Shown here piece after piece: positions 18,541 through 28,649 of a stretch of DNA of 64,000 bases. Location: positions 12,168-76,167 of IMG/VR virus record IMGVR_UViG_3300046804_003617. The stretch is one strand, 5' to 3'. Under the pieces are notes generated by a model. That model was not told where the DNA came from. It was given only the letters and a program-made list of their open reading frames with translations, and ran no database searches. Made by a program: the position numbers and the translations under genes. This DNA comes from a virus. Within the stretch, counting starts at the first letter, position 1. Every line of letters starts with the position of its first letter.

Positions 18541-21500
18541 TCAGACGCTATTATCTATCTTGCTGAACCCGTTTTCCTTCTTGACTTCAAGCTGCTTGTC
18601 TACCATATCACGCATAGCATCAAGATGGCTTATTATAATGATAAACTCGAAATTGCGCTTCAAATAATCGAACAAAGCGTGCAACATAGGTATATTGCTA
18701 CCGTCCAATGCACTGAAACCTTCATCTACCACAAGGAAGTTAGGTCTTGGGAGGTTACTTACGTTAATGAGTGCAACACGAAGTGCCAACCCAGATATAA
18801 ACTTTTCCATACCAGAGCATAGTTCCAATGGCCATTTGCGGTCTTCGTATTTGATATATACGTTGACGTTCTTGCCATCAGTTTCAATACCCATACTAAA
18901 TTCAACGATATGAGATAGGATGTTGTTCACTTCCTGTTCAATCTTTGGGATGGCATCTGAGATGATCTGATATGGCACACCATCTTTGCCCACCGCTGAT
19001 GTATAATATTGATATGCTCCAAGATCATCCTCATATTGTTCAATTGTGGATAGTTGTTTTTCTGTTTCTTTCAGTTGATCGCCAAAGGATACCTTCTTGC
19101 TATATGCATCCATATACTCTTTTTCTATGTTCTTGAGTTTGGATGATACGTTTGACACCTTGATCTTCAGGTCCGTGACAATATCTTCAATGGCTTTGTT
19201 GCTTTCCACGATTTCCTTAGACTTTTCGTACAGTTCGATCTGATCCTGTAGTTCTTTGATGCGAACCGCGTTCTTTTCAACACCGGATTTAAGATTCGAC
19301 TTTTCCAGTTCTTTCTTTGAAATGAACGCGGTAAGAGAATTTACGCGATCTTTCAATTCGACACTTTGTTCGTATTTAGACACATATTCGGCATATGTTT
19401 CCATCTCTGCTTTTACTTTGGATAATGCGTCCGAGAGATCCTTTGCTTCGGCTTTATCCGCCGCAAGACTTTCGCGTGTGGATATGGCATCCTTGACGAA
19501 GATATTATCACAGCAGTATTTGCAGTTGGGATCATACTCGTGCTTGTCCAGATGAGCCAGCTTCTTCAGCTTCTCGCTCACAATGGCTTTCAGCTTATCC
19601 ATTTCATTTTCTATGCGTTGCTTGCTTCTTGCCAGCGATTGATACTTGTCGTTCTTTTCCTTAAGATCGTCTGGAAATTCTTTCAATTTATTGGCGGCTT
19701 CGACATACTCGGGCTTTTTGGAAGACACATCAGCGTCGATCTTTTCAATGGTTTCCATCGCTTGCTTGTTTTTTAACACAAGACCATCACGCTCGCGCAC
19801 GATGGGCATTATGTTGGTTGGAACATTTTCCAGTTTTACGATGTTGGCTTTTTGTGCATCGATCTGAGTATCCAATTCGTTCTTTTTTGTTGTATTTTCT
19901 TCCTTCTGAAAGTTCAGGTCCAGTAGCTTGGATTCAAGCAATTCAACGTCGTTTTTGATCTGAGATATTTTCTTGAGGCCATTTTCTTTATTGAACAACT
20001 TTACCGCGCCAGATAGTTCTTTTGTCTTGTCGGCGGATAAGGAAGCAAGCTTATCGAACAAATTAAGACCGATGAATTGACTCAGTAGTTCTTTGCGTTC
20101 TGTCTGACCCATATCAATGAATGAGCCTTGATTGCCTTGTAGAGCGAGAGTGGTAAGAACAAAATCATCATAGTCGCCAAGATAATCGCGGATGATTTCA
20201 TTAGTGCTGCGACGAGCCTCGCTATTTAGGCTTACCTTGTTGTCTTTTTCGATTTTATAGAAATTAACATCAACCTTGACGTTGTTTTTCTTGTCACGCT
20301 TGCCTTCGCGTTCGATGACATATTGAATGTTATTGATTTCAAACGTGAACTTGCCGCTAAACGACATTTTTTGAGAATTCATCACGTGAGTTGCCTTGAA
20401 TGCTCTGGCGCTCTTGTCAAAAACAGTAAAGCATAGCGCATCCATAAGCGAACTTTTGCCGCTGGCATTTGCCGCAAACAATCCATATACATCTTCAAGC
20501 TTGGTGAAATCAAGCACGTTCTTTTCACCATAGCTGAACATATTGCTGAATTCAAACTTGATCGGCTTCCATCGGATATTCCGCGATGTATCTTCTTTGG
20601 TCAACGACGCATTAAGTTCCTTGTTGATCTTGCAAACCGTCTCCACAGTTTCGTCGTCCATCACATCCACAAATTTCTTCTTCAGATACTCCGAGATGAT
20701 CTTGTTCTGATAATCAATGTTGCCGATTTGATTCAGATTGGAAATATTCTGTGCTTGAGCAACCTTGGTGGCACCATCCGTGTCTACTCTAACATAAATA
20801 AGATCGCTGATTTCATACTTCTTGCGCAGTTCATTGATGACTTTCTTTACCTCTGTTGCGACACTCTCTTTGCACCGAACTCGCAACTTTGGTTTCTTTG
20901 GCATATCAGTTATGTCAGTAATCAACTTGCCGTCATCAATCTCTATTGTAAAATATCCATAGTCATTCGGTATTTCAACGTGAGAATATGTTCTTTGCTT
21001 AATGTCCCATAGCGAGAATCCGTGACCAAGCAATGCTTCGCCGTGGTTCTGCTGAATAAGTGAACCCGCATATCGTATGATTGGCTTTTCATTGGTCTTG
21101 TCATATGCTTGCAAGTCCTGAATCATATGAATATCGCCAAGCATAGCCATATCGTGACCATCAAACAGTTCGTTTGTGATAGTCTTATCGGTAACAGCGT
21201 ATCCTACATCGGTCTGAGCGTTAAGCACTCCACCGTGGAATAATGCAATCTTATCATCAAAAGTCATCTTAATCTTTTTGGATACATTCTTCATACGAAT
21301 GTATTTGGTAGGATCATCGAACACGCTCATATTGTTAATGAGCAAATTGGCCACACCATACAATCCTGTATTCTTCAAATAAAACAAACGCTTGTGCTTC
21401 AGGTTGTCAACGATAGGAGAAATACTGTCAAGTCGAGTGACGTTGGTGAGCAAGCAGTCGTGATTACCCGCAATAACAATTGTTGGACGAAGTTCCGCCA

Positions 21501-21747
21501 GTCGATGAAAGAATTCACTGGCAAGTTGAACTGCTTCCGGAGACAAATCTACCTTGCTATGCAACGTATCTCCGGTATTTATGATGACGGTATTCTCGGG
21601 AGTATTTAAAATTTCAGCATACAGCGTCTCGAACGCCTCTCTATATTCCTCGTGGCGCTTTGTGAGACGAATATGAATGTCGGATATGTGCACAACATAA
21701 TCAATTCTATCCAAGCCTATATCCAGTTTTTCAAATGTATCTACCAT
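18541..21747 (-). CDS. Fused SbcD(Mre11/gp47)-SbcC(Rad50/gp46) recombination nuclease-ATPase
   Basis: HISDIH, GDTLH, GNHD, GDIH phosphoesterase motifs; Walker A AANASGKSS, zinc hook CKYC, signature CSGME, Walker B VVDEGF, H-loop ISH. Confidence 0.92.
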   Translation of the reverse strand: MVDTFEKLDIGLDRIDYVVHISDIHIRLTKRHEEYREAFETLYAEILNTPENTVIINTGDTLHSKVDLSPEAVQLASEFFHRLAELRPTIVIAGNHDCLLTNVTRLDSISPIVDNLKHKRLFYLKNTGLYGVANLLINNMSVFDDPTKYIRMKNVSKKIKMTFDDKIALFHGGVLNAQTDVGYAVTDKTITNELFDGHDMAMLGDIHMIQDLQAYDKTNEKPIIRYAGSLIQQNHGEALLGHGFSLWDIKQRTYSHVEIPNDYGYFTIEIDDGKLITDITDMPKKPKLRVRCKESVATEVKKVINELRKKYEISDLIYVRVDTDGATKVAQAQNISNLNQIGNIDYQNKIISEYLKKKFVDVMDDETVETVCKINKELNASLTKEDTSRNIRWKPIKFEFSNMFSYGEKNVLDFTKLEDVYGLFAANASGKSSLMDALCFTVFDKSARAFKATHVMNSQKMSFSGKFTFEINNIQYVIEREGKRDKKNNVKVDVNFYKIEKDNKVSLNSEARRSTNEIIRDYLGDYDDFVLTTLALQGNQGSFIDMGQTERKELLSQFIGLNLFDKLASLSADKTKELSGAVKLFNKENGLKKISQIKNDVELLESKLLDLNFQKEENTTKKNELDTQIDAQKANIVKLENVPTNIMPIVRERDGLVLKNKQAMETIEKIDADVSSKKPEYVEAANKLKEFPDDLKEKNDKYQSLARSKQRIENEMDKLKAIVSEKLKKLAHLDKHEYDPNCKYCCDNIFVKDAISTRESLAADKAEAKDLSDALSKVKAEMETYAEYVSKYEQSVELKDRVNSLTAFISKKELEKSNLKSGVEKNAVRIKELQDQIELYEKSKEIVESNKAIEDIVTDLKIKVSNVSSKLKNIEKEYMDAYSKKVSFGDQLKETEKQLSTIEQYEDDLGAYQYYTSAVGKDGVPYQIISDAIPKIEQEVNNILSHIVEFSMGIETDGKNVNVYIKYEDRKWPLELCSGMEKFISGLALRVALINVSNLPRPNFLVVDEGFSALDGSNIPMLHALFDYLKRNFEFIIIISHLDAMRDMVDKQLEVKKENGFSKIDNSV

Positions 21748-21750
21748 AAA

Positions 21751-22722
21751 TTATTTCCCCAATCTTAACCGAGTTAATGCCTTGAAGTCAAGCATATCCG
21801 TTTCTTTAACCTGCTCCAATGTTTTTTCAAAGCCAAGCACGTTCGGATCCTTGCCTTCCAGTTTTACGAGCTTTGCAACCTTTCCGAGAGATTGAACAAA
21901 CTGTGCTATTTTAACTGCACTAAACATAGCATCATCGTCCAATACAATGTTTACTTCGGGGCATTTGCTGTTGGCAATCGCCGTTTTAAGTTTCTTGCTC
22001 ATCGTCTTGCCAAATAATGGGATGGCGTTGCGTCTTAGTGAAATAGCATCAAGTGCTCCTTCGCACAAGTAAATGGGGAAGTCAAAGTCTACGAGGTTCT
22101 CGAATCCGATTATATCCTTCGACGCTTCGCTATTCTTATACTTGTAGCCATCGTCATAATAGCTGCGGCAACTATAGAAGTTAAGATTATTGTCTTTGTC
22201 GTATGATGGAAATACAAGTCGGTTGGCGAACGGACCCTTTACACAATATCCAATGTTGTATTTCACGATATCACAAAGAGTAAGTTTGCGCTTCTTGGCA
22301 TAGTTCTTGGCAATTTTGTAATCTCGCGTTCCATCGTCATAAGCGAGGCTGCGAAAATCATACGGCAACTCTATCACGATATGATCATCTGTCTCTTTCT
22401 CTCCAAGAGCATTAAGCAACTTGCTTTCAAAAAGTGAACTTAAACTTCTGCGTGGCTTTGACCCGCCAATCTTTTCAAGCGTAGCAAACATCTCCGGACC
22501 TGCCTTGACACGCTTGAACAATGAAAATATTCCACGCCCCTTTGTTCCACACACCCAGCAGTTCCAAGGCTGTGGCTCATCAAGACATACTTCAAGTTTC
22601 CGCTTTCTGTGATGACAGAACGGACAATGATATGTAAGATTATTGCCTTTGCGAAGCCTACCGTCTTCTTTCAACACTCTGTTGATAAGAGCAGTAAGTT
22701 CCGAAGTTTTGAGAGTAGACAT
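21751..22722 (-). CDS. DNA primase (Zn finger + TOPRIM)
   Basis: HCPFCHH...WNCWVCG; RLVFP; LCEGALDA; IVLDDDA; KDPN. Confidence 0.88.
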   Translation of the reverse strand: MSTLKTSELTALINRVLKEDGRLRKGNNLTYHCPFCHHRKRKLEVCLDEPQPWNCWVCGTKGRGIFSLFKRVKAGPEMFATLEKIGGSKPRRSLSSLFESKLLNALGEKETDDHIVIELPYDFRSLAYDDGTRDYKIAKNYAKKRKLTLCDIVKYNIGYCVKGPFANRLVFPSYDKDNNLNFYSCRSYYDDGYKYKNSEASKDIIGFENLVDFDFPIYLCEGALDAISLRRNAIPLFGKTMSKKLKTAIANSKCPEVNIVLDDDAMFSAVKIAQFVQSLGKVAKLVKLEGKDPNVLGFEKTLEQVKETDMLDFKALTRLRLGK

Positions 22723-22732
22723 TTACCCCATT

Positions 22733-22760
22733 ACTATAAGGATAACTTGCTATTAGTCAA
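22733..22760 (-). promoter_or_regulatory. Sigma70-like promoter TTGACT-16-TATAGT
   Basis: Upstream of the primase gene. Confidence 0.5.
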
Positions 22761-22769
22761 ACTATAAAA

Positions 22770-23261
22770 TCAACCCGCCAAACTGAGCACGATAGCATCT
22801 CTTACATCTTCCATTCGTTTTTCCTCATTGCCCTTTTTATTGAGAACTGTCCATTTGGTCATATCATACATTCTATCAATGCTTTCTTTAACAAATACTT
22901 TGGGTTTTACACCTTTGATTCTGGCGGCTCCAAGTGCCTTTTTACGAGCAGTTTGTGCGTGAATGCTCTCGACGGTCACACCATAATGATTTTCAAGTAT
23001 AAAACCAACTACAGCCTTGTTTTTGACCAGTTTTATAATGACTTGTTGAGAAGTGCCGCCGCCAGCAAAGCCAAATAAACTTTCTTCTATCATTATTTTA
23101 TCAAAACTATGACCAACCAGAGTTTTTATAATAAGGTCGGCTTTGTCTTTATACTTTTCAGCGTCTGAAATATCAATATAGCCGCAAGCTAATATTAGCT
23201 TATCTTCTGTTATCGCCCATCCACACGTAGTTGTGGATAAATCCAATCCCAACACTTTCAT
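22770..23261 (-). CDS. RuvC-like Holliday junction resolvase
   Basis: VLGLDLSTTTCGWA, IMIEE, EDVRDAI (RNase H-fold catalytic residues). Confidence 0.82.
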   Translation of the reverse strand: MKVLGLDLSTTTCGWAITEDKLILACGYIDISDAEKYKDKADLIIKTLVGHSFDKIMIEESLFGFAGGGTSQQVIIKLVKNKAVVGFILENHYGVTVESIHAQTARKKALGAARIKGVKPKVFVKESIDRMYDMTKWTVLNKKGNEEKRMEDVRDAIVLSLAG

Positions 23262-23280
23262 ATAACCTTTTTATAATAAA

Positions 23281-23550
23281 TCAACCGTAATATTGGGTGT
23301 TGTTGTGTTTCAATACGTCTTTGGCGTAATTTTTTCCAGCGGAAGTAAAACCACCACGACCAAATTCGGCTGAATGCACATCGTTTCCGGTTATTCCACG
23401 CGCAGTGCCATTGATCATATCTGTTACGGCTCTATCTGTTCCAACAAATTTGGCAGTTCCAATATCTCCACCCAATCTTGACGAAGATTCATATCTCGCT
23501 TGTAGATTGGTGGTCAGTGATGTTCTATTGATAGAAGGTAGTTGTGGCAT
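23281..23550 (-). CDS. Small hypothetical protein (probably late/virion)
   Basis: 89 aa; AGGAG RBS and TATTTATA (23573-23580) upstream. Confidence 0.65.
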   Translation of the reverse strand: MPQLPSINRTSLTTNLQARYESSSRLGGDIGTAKFVGTDRAVTDMINGTARGITGNDVHSAEFGRGGFTSAGKNYAKDVLKHNNTQYYG

Positions 23551-23572
23551 ATATATTTCTCCTGTTATTTAT

Positions 23573-23580
23573 TATAAATA
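23573..23580 (-). promoter_or_regulatory. Putative phage late promoter (TATTTATA)
   Basis: Recurring motif. Confidence 0.55.
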
Positions 23581-23585
23581 TATTG

Positions 23586-26500
23586 TTAGGTGTCGAAACG
23601 AACGACAATATTGAGCGGCCAATCGATCAAATTCTTGACCGGTCTACCCATTTTACCAACGGCCACCAGTTCATTTCCCTGATATAGTCCAATCGTCGTT
23701 ATGAATGGAGCCAGATATGAACCGGTTGGATCATATGATGAACTATACTGGTATTCATTAAAGTATGGAAGTATCTTGTTGTAATCTGTGCGGCAGTATG
23801 GATTCAGATATTCGTTTATATCTTTGACATAAATTCTGGTGGATGAAATAGACAGCAGGGGTTCCAATTTCTGCGGAATAAGTCTTTCTAGATAATACAG
23901 TGACAGTATGTTTCCGTCATTCATATTTATTTTTCCGTCACCATCTATGTCAAGAATTCCGGTGTCCACCAATTTTGTTTGGATATAATCAAATGCTTCT
24001 CTGGTAAAAGAATTAAATGAAGAACTTGCCAAATATGCGGCTTCGAAGCTTTCTTGCAACAGCACATCCTCGGATTCCAATTGAAGTATGTCGTTATTCC
24101 ACCAGCTATAGTCTGCTCTTGAATCTTGTTCGAGGACTATGCCGTTGTCGTCAAATACGAATTCTTCGAAGAATTTTTTCTTTTGAAGATATCGCATTAT
24201 CAAATCCACATCCAAAAAGTCAAAAACTCCGTCTTGGTTTACGTCGAACAATAATTCAGTTTTTACCAATGTTGTTGGGTTTGTGCTATAATTGAATTCA
24301 CCGGGACGGATTGAACACAGATATTCATGTTCGAATATCGTATGTCTTCCTTGATAGGTCATATCAAATCCAGATGATCCTGTACCGGTGAATATACTGG
24401 AATAATTTGATGCGGTAGTGGTTAGAACAAAATAACCATTCTTATAAAATGAATTTCCAATCAACGGACTTTCTTCATAATCGGCAAGATGATACACGAA
24501 AACGGAACCAGAATAATTGGATGGAAAATCGACAAGATTGTTTGGATCATACACGGACGCTGTAGCTTCCGGTGTAACTAGATTTACCACGGGAGAACCA
24601 ACCACCAGAAAATCAGAACATACACACGTGGAATAACCAAATAAATACGCAGGTTTGTTGGATTCTTTATTTCTCTTGACCATGCCAGTCAACTTCCAGT
24701 TTTCAGACACATCGTCGTATTTGTAAACATGAACTCTTCCAAGAACCGCCCTTGGATCTTCTGAAGACGTTGTTTGATAGCTATAATCTTCTAGAATATA
24801 TTGTCCATCATAATAGTCCACAGATCTTCCTACTTTATCCGGCCAAGAAGTTACTGCCGCATATATTCCTCCAATCGACACCGCTTTTCCAAAATTGTTA
24901 TTGTATGTATATTGTCTGTCTCCGAACGTCTTCAATACTTTGAAGTAGCCCAGTTCATTACACAAATATATATTTTTGTAAAGATATGCGGCACCAAGTA
25001 TGTTGGCGGAGCCAGTATATGAAGAATATGGTATGAATGCCTTGTCTCGTGGGCAGGAAATTATGGCATTGTCTCCGCTGATTGACACGGAGTTTCCAAA
25101 TCCATCCTTTGTAACGGTGGCATTTGTTACATCTATCGCATACAAATTCGAAGACATATCCAAGTCTCCATATGTGGCGTCGCGAGTAACAATTCTATAC
25201 TCGGACCAAGAAGCTGTGGGACATTCTCCATATGACGCGGAGTAGTATGAACAAGTAAAGAATGCGGCATATCCATTTCCATTTTTGTTGGTTCCTACAA
25301 GCAGGCTGCTGGAATCCAATGACACCGACCATCCAAAATTGTCTCCGGTCGATAAAACGCTTGGAACTATGGTTGCTTCATATACCCAAGTGTAACTTGC
25401 CGACCAAGCGGCTGGAGGAAGTTCCGCCTCACCGTATAAATAATATGAGCCAGATTCAGATATAATATCTTCACAGAAGCTGTTCTGCGTCACCACACTC
25501 TGCCAGAAAGAACTGGTTTCTATGTTGTCGCAACCGGTACTGAAATACTGTTTTCTTCTGTAAATGTATACTGCGCCAGACCCACTTACTTGTGGTGCTC
25601 CCACCGCCAGCAGATCTTTGTCGAGAGATACTGAATATCCGAATTTGTCTCCGTCACTGCCTCCCTGCAATATATTGATTAATCCCCAGTTGTCTGTTCC
25701 GCCCTTATATTTGTCATATACGAACACATAACCAGAGTATGAACTAGTGGTGAAGCAAAAAGAACCGGACGGTGATCCCACTGCCAAGAAATTATCCCTT
25801 ACACATACTGAGTGACCAAATGTATCCGTGAAATATGACGCACTAGCTTGTAAATCGTGTATTGTATACGGAAAAGTGTCATCTATATCAAGTCCATTAA
25901 GAACATCTTCTTGGTTTAAAGGACAATCAAACTTTTTCACCAACCTGTGACCATCAGTGTCGTCGTCATATTTGAATATAGCCGCATATCCTCTTCCGTG
26001 AGAAATCAAATTGGTGGAATCTATCGTAGATCCAACCGCGATATATTTGTACCATGAATTTACAGATTCACCAAAGTGTTCATTCTCCGGTTGGAATATT
26101 TCCACGACGGAACTTGTATCATACAAATATGCAGCCGAACCAGAATAAATAACATCCATTCCCAACGCATAATATTCTTTGGCCGTTGGTACGTTTATTT
26201 CAGTCAAACTTCCGTCAAGATTTCTGAGATAATACTGTACGCTGCCTGTATCCCAAAATGGTCTAGGATATACATTCCTTGGTGCACCCAGCATGACTTG
26301 ATTTGAAAAATGAGACCCAGAAATGTAAAGATTGGTATATCCGTCGTCTTTTATTCTGTATTGTTCATGTATGTTAGAATTATCGACGATGTCTATCGTA
26401 AGCGGTCTAACTTTTTCTCCAAACGAATTATGATTCAACGCCAAAGTCACCACTTTATCGTGTATATTTCTTATTTCTTTTTTACCAGAAACAGCACCGA

Positions 26501-26819
26501 TGCCAGGATTTTCAACACCAAACAGTTCGGAAAAATTTGTGCTATTGCGATAAAACATCGCATCCGTCAAGCTGTATATGTTTCTATAATACTTTCCAGA
26601 AGAATTGATTGGTTCATATGAAGCCGAATAATACGGACTCCCAGATGGATAGAAAATGGAAGTCAGTTTCTTGCCGTGGTTTATTTCGCACAGGTCTGAA
26701 TAATAGGTATTATATCCATACAAATCGACCGATCCAGAACTTATGCTCTGAACTCGCCAACTCTTGTAGGCATTAAACGGTCTTATTGTGATATCCCCTG
26801 CGGAGAACTGCTTTATCAT
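23586..26819 (-). CDS. Virion (baseplate/tail) protein with FG-GAP beta-propeller and paired EF-hand/dockerin-like motifs
   Basis: Repeats FGESV, FGHSV..LAVGSP, FGYSVSL..LAVGAP, FGWSVSL, FGNSVSI, FGKAVSI, FGYSTCV; DVNQDGVFDFLD and DIDGDGKINMND; C-terminus similar to 26862..27956. Confidence 0.75.
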   Translation of the reverse strand: MIKQFSAGDITIRPFNAYKSWRVQSISSGSVDLYGYNTYYSDLCEINHGKKLTSIFYPSGSPYYSASYEPINSSGKYYRNIYSLTDAMFYRNSTNFSELFGVENPGIGAVSGKKEIRNIHDKVVTLALNHNSFGEKVRPLTIDIVDNSNIHEQYRIKDDGYTNLYISGSHFSNQVMLGAPRNVYPRPFWDTGSVQYYLRNLDGSLTEINVPTAKEYYALGMDVIYSGSAAYLYDTSSVVEIFQPENEHFGESVNSWYKYIAVGSTIDSTNLISHGRGYAAIFKYDDDTDGHRLVKKFDCPLNQEDVLNGLDIDDTFPYTIHDLQASASYFTDTFGHSVCVRDNFLAVGSPSGSFCFTTSSYSGYVFVYDKYKGGTDNWGLINILQGGSDGDKFGYSVSLDKDLLAVGAPQVSGSGAVYIYRRKQYFSTGCDNIETSSFWQSVVTQNSFCEDIISESGSYYLYGEAELPPAAWSASYTWVYEATIVPSVLSTGDNFGWSVSLDSSSLLVGTNKNGNGYAAFFTCSYYSASYGECPTASWSEYRIVTRDATYGDLDMSSNLYAIDVTNATVTKDGFGNSVSISGDNAIISCPRDKAFIPYSSYTGSANILGAAYLYKNIYLCNELGYFKVLKTFGDRQYTYNNNFGKAVSIGGIYAAVTSWPDKVGRSVDYYDGQYILEDYSYQTTSSEDPRAVLGRVHVYKYDDVSENWKLTGMVKRNKESNKPAYLFGYSTCVCSDFLVVGSPVVNLVTPEATASVYDPNNLVDFPSNYSGSVFVYHLADYEESPLIGNSFYKNGYFVLTTTASNYSSIFTGTGSSGFDMTYQGRHTIFEHEYLCSIRPGEFNYSTNPTTLVKTELLFDVNQDGVFDFLDVDLIMRYLQKKKFFEEFVFDDNGIVLEQDSRADYSWWNNDILQLESEDVLLQESFEAAYLASSSFNSFTREAFDYIQTKLVDTGILDIDGDGKINMNDGNILSLYYLERLIPQKLEPLLSISSTRIYVKDINEYLNPYCRTDYNKILPYFNEYQYSSSYDPTGSYLAPFITTIGLYQGNELVAVGKMGRPVKNLIDWPLNIVVRFDT

Positions 26820-26824
26820 ATAAG

Positions 26825-26832
26825 TATAAATA
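26825..26832 (-). promoter_or_regulatory. Putative phage late promoter (TATTTATA)
   Basis: 5 nt upstream of ATG 26819. Confidence 0.6.
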
Positions 26833-26861
26833 TATTAACTGGGGGATATTCCACCACCAGC

Positions 26862-27956
26862 TTATATATCTATCTTAATTTTTATAAGGCACTCGTTCGT
26901 GAAGTCTTTGAGCAATGGTTGGCTGAGTTTGGCGACTGCTACAAGGTCGTTGCTTTCATTATACAAGCCAACCGTGGTAATATACACCTTTGGATCGGTA
27001 TAAAAGTCGCTAAATCTCAATTTGCCATAATCGGCACTGGTAGTATCGGAAACAACGAATGTAGGATTATTGCTATAGTTGTATTCTTGATTCTTAACGC
27101 GAACGAAAAAGTGTCTTGCGGCAACATACTCAGTGGATCTCGCTTTGAACGATCTGTATTGTGCGCCGACCTTGATTGATCTGAATAATACATTTTGCAT
27201 TCTTGCGAATTGACCACCCAATCCATTTACTGGATCGTATAACGATCTTCCGTCAACGGTTCCTACCAAAGTATTCAATGCGGTGGGATTTAATACAACG
27301 ATTCCCAAGTCAGGATACATTGATCCGATTGCTTCATAATTTTTTGTCTGCACTGCACCGTCCGCAACGGTTCCTCTTATGATGTTATATCGCTTTCCAC
27401 CTGTCTGGGTTCCGGTGTCCGGATTGTCTTTGGAGTCATCTATCAAAGTGATATATCCTTTGGATCCACTAAGGGTCATTTCAAATTGGCCTGGATCCAA
27501 TCTGTCCTTGTATTTTGTGCTTCTGAAAGATATAGTATAAACTGAATCTGAATCTACATATGTTTGATTTCCGTTGGAATCAGATTGCACAAAAGAAAAC
27601 TTCGAATCACCGGGAGCCAACAACAGGTTTCGATATTGGTTATAGATAGCCTTGGTCGGATATATCAAACTTCCCTGAGAAGTATTGGTGTCAAATGTTG
27701 ACGATCCAGAACCGGCATAATGTCCGAACGTCAATGAGAAATAAATGTCCGCGCTGGCAGAAGCGATTGGATAATCATATACATTTGTATAGTACAATCC
27801 ATTCAATGGTTCAAACAATGAAGATGATGGGACGGTTTGAACACTGCTTGTGTAAAACTGAGACCATCCAATTTCGCCGTCACTCCACAACCCAGTGGAT
27901 ACTGGCTGAGATCTTCCTGCTACAATGTCCGTGGAGTCGAATTGCTTAAAAATCAT
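26862..27956 (-). CDS. Virion structural protein (baseplate/tail region)
   Basis: EYNYSNNPT..YITTVGLY..LVAVAKLSQP C-terminal domain shared with the downstream gene; lies in the baseplate module. Confidence 0.7.
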   Translation of the reverse strand: MIFKQFDSTDIVAGRSQPVSTGLWSDGEIGWSQFYTSSVQTVPSSSLFEPLNGLYYTNVYDYPIASASADIYFSLTFGHYAGSGSSTFDTNTSQGSLIYPTKAIYNQYRNLLLAPGDSKFSFVQSDSNGNQTYVDSDSVYTISFRSTKYKDRLDPGQFEMTLSGSKGYITLIDDSKDNPDTGTQTGGKRYNIIRGTVADGAVQTKNYEAIGSMYPDLGIVVLNPTALNTLVGTVDGRSLYDPVNGLGGQFARMQNVLFRSIKVGAQYRSFKARSTEYVAARHFFVRVKNQEYNYSNNPTFVVSDTTSADYGKLRFSDFYTDPKVYITTVGLYNESNDLVAVAKLSQPLLKDFTNECLIKIKIDI

Positions 27957-27967
27957 ATGCGTAAGTA

Positions 27968-28597
27968 TTAAGATCTGACATTAACAACTACTGGGATGGA
28001 AACAGATCCTCCGCTTTCATTACCAACCACGGTCAATGTTGTGCTGGTTGTAGTTGTCAAAGAAGCGTTTGGTACAAATCTAAATCTGATACCAAGAGCG
28101 ACTTGAGCGGTTGTGGAAGAAACGTCGCCAATAAATGTTGGGATAGTTGCCGTAGTTGCGGATTGTAGCTGTTCGCCAATGATTGTTCCTACGTCCTTGT
28201 TGGTCAATATTGCGGTATATCCCAATGTGGTGTTATATACTGGGTTTGTGCTTGGGACAATAACGATTTCTCCCTTATAATCCTTGTCAACATAAATGGA
28301 AGTCTGACCAAGTGAAATGACAGGGATAGATGTTTGACCGGATGGCAATGTGACGAGCTTGTATTTTAACACTTGTGTTTCATCCGTGAACGCTTCGAAC
28401 ACTGGTGTGTTTCTAATTGCCAAATCATAGTATGCCGACCCCTGTGGGTGGTTTGGCTGATACAGGCTATAATCAATTTCGTCGTCGGCCAGCGCATACG
28501 AGGTTATGTTCAGGCCACCCTTGGCAGCAAGTAGTTCTCTTCCCTTCTTTGTAAGAACCGCATCTACGGTAATTGTTTCGTTATTGATGTATGCCAT
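27968..28597 (-). CDS. Virion structural protein (baseplate/tail region)
   Basis: VDAVLTKKGRELLA..ITSYALADDEIDY N-terminus as seen in large-phage baseplate-region proteins; variant late motif at 28613-28620. Confidence 0.65.
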   Translation of the reverse strand: MAYINNETITVDAVLTKKGRELLAAKGGLNITSYALADDEIDYSLYQPNHPQGSAYYDLAIRNTPVFEAFTDETQVLKYKLVTLPSGQTSIPVISLGQTSIYVDKDYKGEIVIVPSTNPVYNTTLGYTAILTNKDVGTIIGEQLQSATTATIPTFIGDVSSTTAQVALGIRFRFVPNASLTTTTSTTLTVVGNESGGSVSIPVVVNVRS

Positions 28598-28649
28598 ATA
28601 GGTATCTTTCTAAATAAATATATATGTTAAAGTCTTTTTTTCGTATTTT

